A DNA stretch of 64,000 nt from assembly GCA_964106915.2 (NCBI GenBank), contig OZ066915.1. One strand, 5' to 3'. Positions within the stretch are counted from its first letter, which is position 1, and every line of letters begins with the position of its first letter. Source of the DNA: Podarcis gaigeae (taxonomy: Eukaryota). The notes beneath the pieces are model-generated. The model did not search any database. It saw only the letters and a program-made list of their open reading frames with translations, and had not been told where the DNA came from. Position numbers and translations under genes: made by a program. Below are positions 1 through 12,165 of this stretch, piece after piece.

Positions 1-1921
1 TCACTTAGTAGATACCTGAAGTATGAAAGAAAGATGCACATCTTGAAATGTGTGTCTGTGACTAGAGCAGTGACCAAGTGCAGATGTTTCAGGGCCACCT
101 ATTGTTCCTTTGCGCTCTCCCCATACTGTAGGAACAGTGATTCATGTTACAAAATACACTGCTCAGTAGACGAATGGTTCCCTGAAGAAAACTTTCCATG
201 TTTGTACGTGAGTAGAATTGGAGGCACTTGCTCAGTGAGCAGGTAGGAAGCCAGCATTTGAGTCCAGTGTAAACAGGCTTCCAACAATTGCAATATTTAT
301 TGCCATAACAACTGATGTTATGGGCTGATGTTGAAAAACATTAAGCAGCTCAGTCATGTTGTCTGTGGCCAGGGAATGTTTTAATGAAGAAAAATGTTCT
401 TTTCTCATGTTTGCCAAGTAGGGGAAATGTCATCAGTGTCTTGTTTTTCTGGGATTTTGCCACTTTCATGCGCTAAGACATTTTTTAAAAAATGTAGTGA
501 GAAAATCAAGCATTTCTATTGCCATTCCAAATGAGAGACAAAAGAAAACTTATTCTTATTCCTAGTCCTTCCCCTCCTCATCTCTTTGCTTTGTTGGTAG
601 ATAACGCTGAGTGTGAAAGATTGGAAACATTCCTCAGTAAAATGTATACATTTTTTAAAAAAATGTGGAAAGCAAATGTAAGTCCACACTGGACGCAAAT
701 CTCTCAAGAATGTTTCCCTTATGAATTACAGTGACATAAGAGCACAGTTAGGTGTCTGCACAAGTCCTGTAGTTAATACTGGTCTTGTTTTGCAGAAATG
801 AGCTAGTGGTTTGTGACTACAAACAGAAAATTGTTTCTTTTCTTAACCTCTTCCAACGACCTTGCCCTGATGTAGCAAATCTGTATTCCTAAGAAGTTAA
901 GATTTATTTGGAAGTAAATCCCATTTTAAAAAATCAGTGGGTATTACGTCCAAGTAAACATACTTAGCGTAGGGGCGTTAGTGAAATTTGCCATCCACCC
1001 CTTTTTTGCTTTTAAATCAAATGTGTACGTGAGACAGGGCTAATGTTTCCATTGTTGTGCTACAAGACAGTGGACGGTCGTGGGACCTGCTAGTTCTCAA
1101 GGAATTGTCACCTGGGAAAGGTCCTGTGAGTGGATGGTATTGCTTCATTGCCTTGGATTAAAGTGACATGAAATTCTGGGGAGTTCCTGGACTTTAACAG
1201 GGTTAGCTGTCAGCTTATGTCACCTTAGCAATACTTGCTGCTCTTTGACTTTCAGTAGATTGCCTCAAGAGTGCGCTTGAGGTTCTGACCCAGAATGAAG
1301 TCCTTGATGAATGCTTAGCACCACATTCCCCACAAATTACCAGTTCCCTGTGGATGGATGTAGTGTAGCCCTCTTCTGGTCATTCTCTGTTCCCAAGATG
1401 GTTGGCATTCTTTACCAGGCTAGCAATGCAGGGTCTACTGCGGCTCCTTGGCACTATAGTATTGTTACAAGGGCTGACTGTTGCTCTTTGATTAAAATGG
1501 ATAGGGTTTCTTGCTGGATCCTAAGGGTGGGGGGAATGATCTAACTTGAGTGGTCTTTTCCAAGCCTGTTGTATATAGCTGGCTTCCTTTTTCATGAATG
1601 TCTTGCTTTTTGAAAGCTGTAGAAGGCATTGGCTCACAAAAGCAGTAGTTTAACTGGAAATCAGTGGGCCAAAAACAACTCAGATACATGAGTAAGTTTG
1701 TAAGTGCACCTTCCTATTAACTGCCTGGAGTTCTAATAGGATTTTTTAAAAAAACTATCCTACATAGGTAACTCTTCTCTACTTTGATGGGGTAATAATG
1801 AGCTATACTCTGTTTTTATTTGCTTATTTCTATGTGTTTCTGGATGGTCCCATCTGCTAATTCATTGCAGCACTGATGAGCTGATATCACTTATTTCCCT
1901 TTTGCTCTTGTCTCCTTTTAG

Positions 1922-2016
1922 CTCAATGTTTCCATCCGGTCACTGTTGCAAAACCTCAAAGAAAAGACGGAGCGTCTGAAGGACCTCTTGCTTCACTCTG
2001 TATCAACACGTCAGAT
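1922..2016 (+). CDS. STX8: Syntaxin-8 internal coding exon (equivalent to human exon 3), LNVSIRSLLQNLKEKTERLKDLLLHSVSTRQ(I)
   Basis: Pyrimidine tract and AG at 1920-1921; 95-nt exon; donor GTATCC at 2017; translation resembles vertebrate STX8 (…IRALLQNLKEKI…LKDLLL…VSTHQI); joins the next exon in frame (AT|A = Ile). Confidence 0.93.
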
Positions 2017-2797
2017 GTATCCATGTAAACAGCTGTATACCAGGAAGGCCAGTGAGACAAGAGTGGGTCAGCATTCTGTTTTGGAAAAGGAACAAGACCA
2101 TTAGCTTATATGTGTGTGTTTAGAAAATCCCCAACAACTTGGGGAAAACCCAGGTACAAAAGAAATGTTTGCAATCTTCCATTTTATTTCCAGGGTTTGT
2201 TCTGTATGTGCAAGCACTTCTTCAGGGCACTCCTAACTAAATGGGCTGCAGCAAATGTTGTGTCATATCCAACTGGGGCCCACTTTACACACGCAACTGA
2301 ATGGGCTGTGTAAAGCTGTGCCCATGTGGTTGTATTAAAAGTCGATGCTCACTTAGGTAGTTGCATGTGTGAGTCTGAATTCTGCTATAAGTTCTGCTAT
2401 AATTCTGCACAGTTAATGACTTTTGCCACCTTGCTGTTTGTTTTTAAAACGTTCCATGTGTCTTATAGACTTATAAAATGAGGTAAATGTTGTAAAGTAC
2501 TTTTTACACATGGAAAAGTGTTATAAAAATGATAGTAGTCTGTCGTCAGTTCTCTGCCTAGGACAAGATAACCTCATATCCTTATTTAGTCATAACAGAA
2601 CTTAGATATTTTTTAACTCTGGCCTCTCTGGTATAGATCTAGTATGGTATTTCCTGTACTGATAGGTACGCATGTGGTTCTTCCTGACTGGATAAGGAAG
2701 TCATAACGTACTTGATTTGTGATTTAATACCACAAGTATGAGGTCTAGATGTTCAGTCATTTGTTTCTGGCAATCAACCTTAACCCAGTTCCTGCAG
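2017..2797 (+). other. Probable U12-type (minor spliceosome) GT-AG intron of STX8
   Basis: 5' site GTATCCAT (U12 consensus RTATCCTT); branch-point box CCTTAAC at 2778-2784, with branch A 14 nt from the 3' end; no conventional long pyrimidine tract. Confidence 0.85.
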
Positions 2798-2908
2798 AAC
2801 ACAACTCGAAGGGGACAGGCGGCAGAACTTAGTGGATGACCTCCTCACGCGACATCGTCACCTTCAGGCATCTTTCAAAAATGAGGGGACAGAACCAGAT
2901 GTGATAAG
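2798..2908 (+). CDS. STX8: Syntaxin-8 coding exon (human exon 4 equivalent), (I)TQLEGDRRQNLVDDLLTRHRHLQASFKNEGTEPDVI(R)
   Basis: CAG acceptor 2795-2797; GTACAG donor at 2909; 111 nt, phase 2-2; TQLEGDRRQNL is characteristic of STX8. Confidence 0.96.
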
Positions 2909-2989
2909 GTACAGTTCTGCCACTTCTAAATGAGAAATGCATGAGAGTAGCTCTGTCTTGAGCTATGAAGCACCAGTGTACCTGTACCC

Positions 2990-3075
2990 CAGGAATCATC
3001 CTGATGACTGGTCTTATTGGCTGGGGCCTGTTGGGAGTCTAACAACATCTGGAGGGCCACAGGCTCCCTGCCTCT
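2990..3075. mobile_element. Degenerate short non-autonomous hAT-type MITE (…aacatctggagggccacagg…)
   Basis: Shares internal and terminal motifs with the intact palindromic copy at 47835-47970. Confidence 0.55.
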
Positions 3076-6000
3076 GCTGTACCTTATTTTCACACAGACC
3101 CCTCCTGTTTTGTGTGTGATCAGTTATGCTCTCCTTCAGGATATTGTTTTTCATGTATTCTGTGAGTACCTTGACCAGGTACCCAGACTTGATGGAGCAA
3201 CTGCACTCAGAATCGAATAAAGAAATCGGAGCTGAAGGTTGCATCAAAGCCAGTCATGCTAAAAGGCTGAGTGTCTTAAGTGGTTCAGAGCCAAGGTCAA
3301 GCCAAAGCAGACTTTAACAGAGATGGGCTCAGGAGCAATGCAAGACAAAACTTCACATCACAATGGCCACAGAAAGCAAGCGTGTATTGGAATTTAAGAG
3401 TCATATGGTGTCAGGGATGGATGAAGGAGATAGATGAGAAATAAAGAGACAGTTGCACATAGTTTGTCTAGGCAGGGTGGTTTTGTGTTCTTAGGGCACA
3501 GGCCAGGAAAACTGGCCAATCAAAAGAAAGGCAGTTACATGGTCCAGAGCTACAGGGGGATCTATGGAGTGGAATTTCCCAGCAGTGCATACCTTGTCCT
3601 TGCAGTGTTGTTCTGGACTGTCTGAGTAAGGGAACTGTAGAGATCTATGCCTTAAGAAAACCAGTCACGCTAGAAATTTGGAAGGAGAAGGGTGGTGGTA
3701 CATAGTATTGGTCTTGCAAATTGGTTCAAGATGTACTTTTTACATTACATTGATGCATCTTTTAGTAATATTTAATGATTATATGCTAACATTAATGATG
3801 ATATTCTGATTAATTTCCCACTTGTCCTAAGCTAAAGGAAAAAATAAACAACATAAATTTTGAAAACAATTCCAGCTGCTGGTTGGGTTTTGATGATCTA
3901 TCCCATTCTCTTTTTACCTCTTCTACACAGAAGCTTAAAATAGTTAAATCATATATGTATCACCCACGACATTTCAGGTGGAGAAAATGTGTTTTGGATT
4001 GCCTGTGTTGTTGAAAGAGGAAACTGTGGAAGAATGTCTAATCGATTAATTGTTTTTCTGGCCTTGTAATCCCTTGGCAAGCAGTGCAAATCCTTCCAGC
4101 TCTCCTGTGTGCTGGATTTTGTATTTAGCTAGTTTAACTCAGCATGAGAAATCAGTCGGGCAGTGCTTTCCATGTTGATGGATTATCTGAGTTGAGTCGT
4201 TGTTTATTTCATGCTCCAGCAACAGCATAAAGTGAGCCTATGCAACATTGTCTTGGGAATTTCAGTACTACTGAATTGCCACCAGGAGGAGAATGCAACT
4301 GTTGCTTCCTCTGTCCCTGAACCCACAAATACAAATTGCACCGTAAACAGGATTCCTCTTACATTTCAAGTTTTTTATAATTTCCTTTCCTATCCTCACC
4401 TTTCTGAAACAAAAATAAATGAAATATTGGGGACGTTAGTGTGCCAAAAAAAGGTGGATGGCGGTTAGAAACTGCTAGTGCTAGAATTATTGTTGGCTAT
4501 GGAAATTTCTGTGGATTTCTCTTGGCCAGCCAAGAATCTCCAAAGCTGTAACTCTTAGCTTTGCATGTGCATTTTAAAAGAAAAGGTATTCCAACTTGTA
4601 CCTGATAGTTAGATCTTTCCAATCTGGCTGTAGTTGCTGTTGAGCTATGGTTCCTCCCTTAGGGGTCTATAATTATTGCTATTTTTTCCCTTAGAAAAGC
4701 CCAACCATTCTATATTACAAGCCAAATTCTATTTCATCACGCCCATGCATATTTCTATTTTCATATTTTCTTTTCAGAATTTAGAAGCTGTGTGATGTGG
4801 GTGTGGTTGGATATAGTGGGGTCATCATGGTAGTTTGGTCTGACTGTGAGTAGGCATTCTGTTTCTCTCTTCCTGTTCCTATATGCAGGCTTCACCTTTC
4901 TTTTATCTGATCCATCCTTAAAGTACACCCCATGTTTTCAGGAGACTTTTTCGCACTTCTCCCTCCACCCCCCCCGTCCTATCCCGTAGTCATCCCCTTC
5001 ATTAACCTTCTTGCATCAGTGATCACATGTCTTATTGTCCTCATGGTGTGCAATTGTGAAAGCGTTCTCAAAATTAATCTCCGTTTACGTTTGGTCACCA
5101 TTCAGTGAGTTTACATCCTTTGAAATCTGCTTTAATGTGAGTTCTCTTGGTGTGGTACAGTGGCCTTAGTACTTCTAATTCTTATTTTAAGTGACAGCCT
5201 GGGCCACGATACAGATCAAGGCATTGCTTTATGAGGCACCCAAGTAGCTTACCTTCCGGTATTGTCAGACTTAATTAGGACACAGCTCTCAGTATCCGAA
5301 AGGGTTGTGCCATTTGCATAGCTGCTTCAATGCGGTTATTTCTCTCGACCCAAACCATTTTATTCAATTGCCTTTAAATTAACCATGCAATATCCGAATG
5401 TGAAGGAGACTTGTGTATCTTACACATAGAATGCCAATTGCATGAACCATCCTAGAGATGTCATTAGGGGCAAAGCTGAGGTCCAGGAAATTGTGAGATA
5501 TTAAACTTAATATTTTCCTTGCGTCCAAAGAGACCGTGATCCCTTTGCTGGACTCCTAATCAGAGAATCTATTAAATGGATGAAGTTGTAATGAAATGGA
5601 GATTGATATCCTGTAACAGAGTAGAAGGCAAAAAGAGCAAACCCACCCACTTCCTGCGAAACTAATAATGCAGCTTTTGCTAATGCCGAGAGTGAACCTC
5701 GCAGTTTGAGAAAAGTCCCCATCTCTAGCTTTCAGTAGCTGCAGTTGTGGGAGGTGTCACTGGAAGTATGGAGAATGTATTGCTACCCTGGTAAAAGGAA
5801 ATAAAATGAAGAGGGTGATGAAATGATGCATGTCACCTGTAGGAAGCTTAGCGTCTTCCTAAACTGAAAACCCTAACTAATGCTAGCCACAGTCGTGATT
5901 AAAACCATCTGCATGGAAGCTTCCTTCTTCTTACACAGCTAGCATAGAACTGTAGAAGTCTCTTCCACCCTTGGACCCTTGCCAGACCCCAAGCTGAGCT

Positions 6001-6204
6001 TCTTTCAGCAGTGCTGAAAAGGCTTCCTTGTAGCTGGCTTTTGACTGGCTACAGGTAGAGCGCTTAATATTTGTATCATGTATTTTGAATTACCTATTGG
6101 GTGTGTGCTTGTACATACACTAAATGTTGGAAAGTCCTTACCCCAGGCCTAAGAGATGTAAGCAATTAATGGTTCTCAACAATCTGATTGCTAAGGACAT
6201 AGAT

Positions 6205-6990
6205 GGCAAAATCTAGATTCAAAATTATCTTGACAGGCTGGAGCATGACCAAAACTGACAAGAGAGATAAATGTAAAGTCCTGTGTTTGGGTTTAAAAAT
6301 ACAAGTAAAAATCAAATACACAGGATGGGAGAGATCTGGCTTGACAGCAAGACATGTGGAAAGGTTCCGAGTGTCTCTGTGTGCATTGTAAACTGAGAGA
6401 GCCAACAGGGCAATGCAGCCGCTAAAGAGGCAAATGCAATTATGAGTTTCACTAATCAAGAAAAGTAATAATGCCACTCTGTCCAGTGCTGGTCAGGCCA
6501 CATCTGGAGTACGATGTCCAGTTCTGGGTGCCGCATTTTAAGCAGGAGTTAGCATGTCCAGAGGAGGGTGACTCTGATAGTGATGGGTCTGGAAACGTCC
6601 TGTGAGGAACATTTGAATAATCAGGCTACGTTTAGCCCGGAGAATAAAAGGGGGAGGCATGGTTGCAGTCTTCAAATAACTGAAGGGCTCTCTTGTAGAA
6701 GATGGAGCAGACTTGTTCTCTTTTGCTCCTGAGGGCAGGACTAGAAGCAGTGGGTGGAAATAGCAGGGAAGCAGATTTCGGCTGTTAGAAATAGCTTCAT
6801 AACGGTACATGTTGCTCAACAGTGGAACAGACAGTCTCAGGAGGAGGTGGGCTTCTTTTGCTGCTGATATTTAATCCGAAGCTGGGTGGCCCTCTGTTAG
6901 CGATGCTGTAGTTACATCCTGCATGGCAGATCTTGCATTGAGCCTAAGGGTTGGACTACATGGCCTCCAGCATCCCTTCCAGTTCTATAT
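6205..6990 (+). mobile_element. CR1 LINE 3' fragment (decayed ORF2 end and 3' UTR)
   Basis: Remnants of KCKVL(H)LG and 'ctggtcaggccacatctggagtac..tgtccagttctgg'; CR1 3' terminus 'gggttggact..atggcctcc…cccttccagttcta'. Confidence 0.85.
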
Positions 6991-8378
6991 CCTCTTAATG
7001 CCACCTGTTGCACCAATACAGCAAATAAAATGAAAGCAGTACTGGAAAAAAATGTGGAAATTCACTATATTGCCATGCAGACTGTTCCAAGGGCCTCGTA
7101 CCCAATGTTTTTTGGAAATCCCAAATCACATTTTGCAGCAATTTGTGAATCCAGATTGAAGTACTCAAAACACTTCAAATATTATTACTGTACTGCCATA
7201 TTCACAAGGGGAAATGTGATTAATCACATAGACCAATGTCACATGACCTGGGTTTTTGTTTTAAAATCACTCACGTTGATTGTTCTAAGGCTTGAAAGCC
7301 TTCATGTGTGGCCGTGGTCTAGGGAAAGGTCTGTTTGACTAATTTGTGTTTCTTGGGAAATTTTGTAAGAATTAACCAGTGAAACAATGCAGTTGGGAAG
7401 ATAAGCTGCTGTTTGTTAAGTAGAGGCACAACCCTTGATTATAACCCTCCAGCTTCCTTTATATTTGGGCACATTGCTAAGCCTTTTAATTAGTTAAATC
7501 TGCTCCTATAATCAAAAGCTATCTGCACACTCCACTGTGCTGTGACAATTTCAAAGATTTAAGTGATTAACTTGGCAAAAGCAGTGGGTGGCTAATTGGA
7601 TAAACTTTAATCTTCACACTGCCAAAATGAAACAGAGGAAGATCAGAAGAAAGAGGAAGTTGGGCTGCCCTGGGTGGGAAGAGAGCTACCAAACATGTCA
7701 GAAAGATTATTTTTAATATGCTAGCAGGTCACTTGCCACAACCAAAACTAGAAAGCATGGTTGGGGGTAAAACTGTGCCACTACCCGACCCCCCCCCCCT
7801 CATTGACATTTTCAAATGGCAAAAGGTTTTTCTCATTTGAGCTAGTGGAGCCACAGCTGTGGATTTTGGAGCAGAGGATTTGGCTAGTCCATCTTCTCTT
7901 GGGAAAACTCTGAGAGCTACACCTTTTTATTTTGACCACGTTTAATGGGGACTTGGGCCCCTTACAGGAGTAAAAATGTCCCCTATGGGAGCTGGCTTTT
8001 TAAAAAACACAAATGTCCCCGTTATACTGTATTACACAATATTCTTGTTAAAGCCAATGGGGATTGTTTTGCTAAATATGAATATATTTTTTCTGTATGT
8101 CACATGGCTGCCTTGTTTGCTTATTATTACTGTGAGCTCTTGAGGCACACAGTAATAACATGGCTGGTGAAGACTAGGGGAGTGCTTTGGCAGTCATTTT
8201 GCCAGTGCAGTCTTTTCAGCTTGCCAGCTAGAATGACCCCCCCTCCCTCTGGGTGCTCTTCTGGGATTTCTCCCCAACCCCCCAGAGCCATTTTTTCTTG
8301 TGGGGTGGGTGTCCTCTGAGGAATGCTCTGTTGCGCTAGCTGGAGCCCTTCAACTGGCTTCTGCTAGTGGAACTAGAA

Positions 8379-8437
8379 TAACAGAGTCACAGAGTTGGAA
8401 AGGGACCCCAAGGGTCATCTAGTCCAACCCCCTGCAG
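8379..8437 (-). mobile_element. CR1 3'-terminal fragment
   Basis: 'gagttggaaagggaccccaagggtcatctagtccaacccc' is the reverse complement of the CR1 3' end. Confidence 0.7.
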
Positions 8438-9287
8438 AGCAATTGAATCCTGCCCTACTTCTTCTGTAGTAGTTTTAATTCAACTGCAAGTGAAGATGGT
8501 TTTAATTAAAGACAAAACAAGCAGGTAAATGACCTTTAGGCTCCTTCTGTCCTAGTGAGTGCGGCTGACATGTGTAACAGGTGACAAATTGAATGGCCAA
8601 CTTAACCAGAGTGGATTTAATACAGCTGCTTCCTGGGTTGTTTATTAGCTAGAGATCAATGCTTTGGGTCCCCCAAATTTCATTTTATTTGGATTTGTAA
8701 ATGAAGAACTGTTCTCTGCTAAAAAAAAAAAAAGACAAAGAAGATGCTGTGGCATCTTAAGGCCTTTGCCAATTCGTAGTAGCAGGGCCTATCCACTTCT
8801 TCATATACCATCAGATTTGATCAGTGTAAAAAAAATACAGCTGTCTGCTAGCTAACTGATGTGTCTGGTGGATACCGAACAGGTGAGATAGCGGTTGACT
8901 ATAGAACATAGAAAAACTACCTTATACTAGGGTAGATCATATGTTCATCTAGCTCAGCAACCCCTGCCGTAGACAAATACTTGTTTTTATTTGCCTGAGG
9001 GCCACGGGCCAAATACTGGGGTGGATGTGGCCAACACACACTTGCATGCACAGCCAGCAGAGGAGGAGAGGTCCCTCCCTACTGCAGCTCTGGTCTAAGA
9101 AGAGAGGTTCCTCTCCTCTTCCATGAATGGGGAGGAAAGCCCTTCAAACATTGGATGCCTCTTACTACCTTTGGAAAACTGCTGCTTCTCCCTCTGGTGT
9201 AGCACCATTGTCAGAAGGCCTTAGAAAAGCACAGCAAACAGTTTTGGAAGCATTCAGTTTTGGAAAAGAGCTGTGGGCTACTAAAAA

Positions 9288-9681
9288 TACGTTTCCGAGC
9301 ACGATTCAAAGTGTTGGTGCTGACCTTTAAAGCCCTAAATGGCCTCGGTCCTGTATACCTGAAGGAGCGTCTCCACCCCCATCGTTCAGCCCAGACACTG
9401 AGATCCAGCGCCGAGGGCCTTCTGGCGGTTCCCTCATTGCGAGAAGTGAGGCTACAGGGAACCAGACAGAGGGCCTTCTCGGTAGTGGCGCCCGCCCTGT
9501 GGAATGCCCTCCCATCAGATGTCAAAGAGATAAAGAATTACCTGACGTTCAGAAGACATCTTAAGGCAGCCCTGTTCAGGGAAGTTTTTAATATGTAATG
9601 CTGTACTGTTTTTAACACTGATTGGGAGCCGCCCAGAGTGGCTGGGGAAACTCAGCCAGATGGGCGGGGTATAAATAATAA

Positions 9682-9733
<52 letters not shown>
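9288..9733 (+). mobile_element. Young 5'-truncated L2-clade LINE (ORF2 C-terminus, 3' UTR, (TTA)n tail)
   Basis: Open frame RFRARFKVLVLTFKALNGLGPVYLKERL…RAFSVVAPALWNALP…F…LK..LF, typical of L2 ORF2 ends; CpGs retained; (TTA)n tail about 9682-9733; possible short TSD AAAATA (9284-9289 / 9733-9738). Confidence 0.9.
9682..9733. repeat. (TTA)n microsatellite, about 17 units (LINE tail)
   Basis: Read directly from the sequence. Confidence 0.95.
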
Positions 9734-9734
<1 letters not shown>

Positions 9735-10009
9735 AATAGCTTAACAGACTGGGCCGAGCCACAGGTTTGTCACTTCAGTAGACCTTGGAGGGCCAATGCT
9801 GATTTCAGTCTCTCCCAGCCCTATCAGGAGGTGCTGGGGACAGAGCCTGGCATTTTTTCCACGCAAAGCAGATGTAAACTCTAAGCACTAACATGCAATT
9901 CTTTTGTTAGACAGGTATTTGATTTGGTGGACAGGGCACTTTTTCTAGGTAAAGTGATCCCCCCCCCCTTTTTAGCATGGCATATTCTTATAGTCAGCGG
10001 TTAAATGTA

Positions 10010-10130
10010 TCTAGGGCATGGAGAACCTGTTGCTCACCCAACTCTCATCATCTTTGTCCATTGGCCATGCTGCCTGGAGTTGATGGAACTCCAACAGCAC
10101 CTGGAGAGTCACAAATTCCCCAGCCTTGAT
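10010..10130. mobile_element. Degenerate short hAT-type MITE
   Basis: 'agggcatggagaacctg … acaaattccccagcctt' imperfect inverted ends; internal catcatc/gatgg motif of the family. Confidence 0.5.
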
Positions 10131-10837
10131 GTATCTAAAGGGCTTGTGCAACTTGCATTTTTAGCCAGCAGGTGTCTCTCTCATACTGAAAATCCACACA
10201 TTTTCTGTATGCTGCAGAAATGAATTTGGTAGAGATCCTGGTTTTCATCCATTACACCTCATTCTTCTTCTGTTGCATAGATGCACTTCAACAAAATATG
10301 AGGGCCTGTCTCTGTCTTTCATTTATATTAATTTTGCAGTGCTGCATAAAATCCTACCTCCAGGTTAAGTGCATGCCTGTGCACTATTCTGCATGCAAGT
10401 CCCTCTGAATTCAGCGGGAGTTCTCCCAAGTCTGGTCTGCTGGCCAGATACCACAGCAGCCGCCCTGCCTTCTGGGTCCTCTCCTCTCCCAGCACCATCT
10501 GTTAAGTAGGGAGCAGCAGAGCTGTAGCTGCAGGGAAAAAAGGGCTTTGGTGTCATGCAAAGTCTGCAGTTGCAGCTCCTTCCTCTGTATAAAAAAATAT
10601 AGCAAGAAGAAAAGTGGGGGTATGTTTCACAATATACACATGTTGTGCTCTTTGCAGATATACAAAAAAAGTCATTCATACATTTTGTACGTGTGCAATA
10701 TTGGAGATGCAGTTGCACTTTTTTATGTTGAGGCTTCAGAAACTGTATGGCAGGCTTGCTGGGGTTTTTTCTCCCTCCTTTGAATAAATTATTTTAAAAT
10801 GTTGAAGCTTGTATTTTTAAAAAAAAATTATTTTCAG

Positions 10838-10962
10838 GTCTAGCCTAATGGCTGGAGGGGTCAGACAAGGTGTCGTAAACCCATGGCTTGTGGAGGAGCC
10901 TGAGGAAACAAGAGGGCTTGGCTTTCATGAAATCCAGCAGCAGCAACAGAGAATTATAGAAG
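10838..10962 (+). CDS. STX8: Syntaxin-8 coding exon (human exon 5 equivalent), (R)SSLMAGGVRQGVVNPWLVEEPEETRGLGFHEIQQQQQRIIE
   Basis: TTTTCAG acceptor ending 10837; GTAAGT donor at 10963; 125 nt; NPWL.EEPEETRGLGF.EI.QQQQ.II motif of STX8. Confidence 0.96.
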
Positions 10963-11837
10963 GTAAGTCATCCTTCTTGGTTTTTAAAGCTTTAATCCTA
11001 TCCTAGAGCCTATACATAGGCCTCATGGTTGATAGCCACTGGTGTTGATTGCATCCTTTTACTCCAGTGACCTAGGTCAGAAAATCTTCCACCTTCACCT
11101 TCTTTTGTATAGGATGGAGGTATTGATTTCTGATGTCCAGCTTGTTTTGTCCCTGACCATCCAAAACATTCGAGCACTTTGTTAAATGTTTGTTTTGAGT
11201 CCAGGGGGCATTTCTCTGCTTAAGTTCACACACTCGTCATTTGAAAAACAATTTTGTGGGTAGCTAGGAGCGGGCTTGTTAAACCGGAATTCCTTAAGAT
11301 GCCTCAGATAATTAGGCACCAAGCCTTAAGTGCCAGCGGAGTTTCAGTTCCAGAATTTTCTAGGCTCCTTGGAAGATATCAGTCTTCTGCATCCCTTGGT
11401 TGCTGGTGGAAGGTCTTGGACGTACTTCACACTAATCAGGCTAACGTATGTCAATGTGTAGATAGGGAAACCTCATTCTTATCCAGGCTTGTTTGTGAGG
11501 GATGAAAATTCTTACTGGCCCACTTTATATTGCAGGCCACTTTTAGCTTGAAACAACCAGAGTCTTGCACCTTGATCTGGGCTGCCTCATCATTATGAGC
11601 TTAGAACTGGCTGGTGTGGCTTGTGTCCCACCAAGAAAATGTGGCTTACTTGGGGCTCAGTAAGCCGTTGCTGTAGGTGTTGAACCTTAAAACAGAGCTG
11701 TCAAAGCAACTGTCAGGCAGCAGCATAAACCCAGGCTGTATTGGCATAGTGATCCACAGGTTGTGTAGATCTACCCTGGTCTCTTGTTTAAGTAGATCCA
11801 GTCCTTCCCTGTGCCCAGGCTTCCATCTCTAAATAGC

Positions 11838-12165
11838 CTGGGGATGGGGAACTTCTGACCCACGGACCCAATTAGGTCCTCTGAGCTTCCCTGTTTGGCC
11901 CTCAAGCCATTTTGGCCAAGGGACATCCGCCTTCCCAACACCCGATGTGGGGCAGGTAAAATCCTGGCTCAGCCAAAAGTGGGCCTGCAGGCACTGCCAA
12001 TCGCTTTTTAGCAGTGCCTACAAAGGGCTTGGAAGATAGTGCTTTGAAAGGGGCTTCTGAAGACTGATTGTCTTCAGGGGCCTGTTTCAACTTGCTGCGC
12101 GAAGACCCCTGTTAGCAAAAAAGGCCACTTGGTGTCATTGCCAGCCAGACCCAGTTCCCCACGCA
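11838..12165. mobile_element. Old non-autonomous hAT-type element
   Basis: Imperfect inverted ends 'ggggatggggaact … agttccccacgc'; ggccc-type subterminal motifs. Confidence 0.45.

Noticed and set aside
1-1921. STX8 first two exons or promoter
   Set aside because: No MAPDPW-like start, no exon-2-like peptide and no CpG island were seen; probably upstream of the window.
9260-9598. 112-aa ORF as a host gene
   Set aside because: It is the C-terminus of L2 ORF2 in a 5'-truncated copy.
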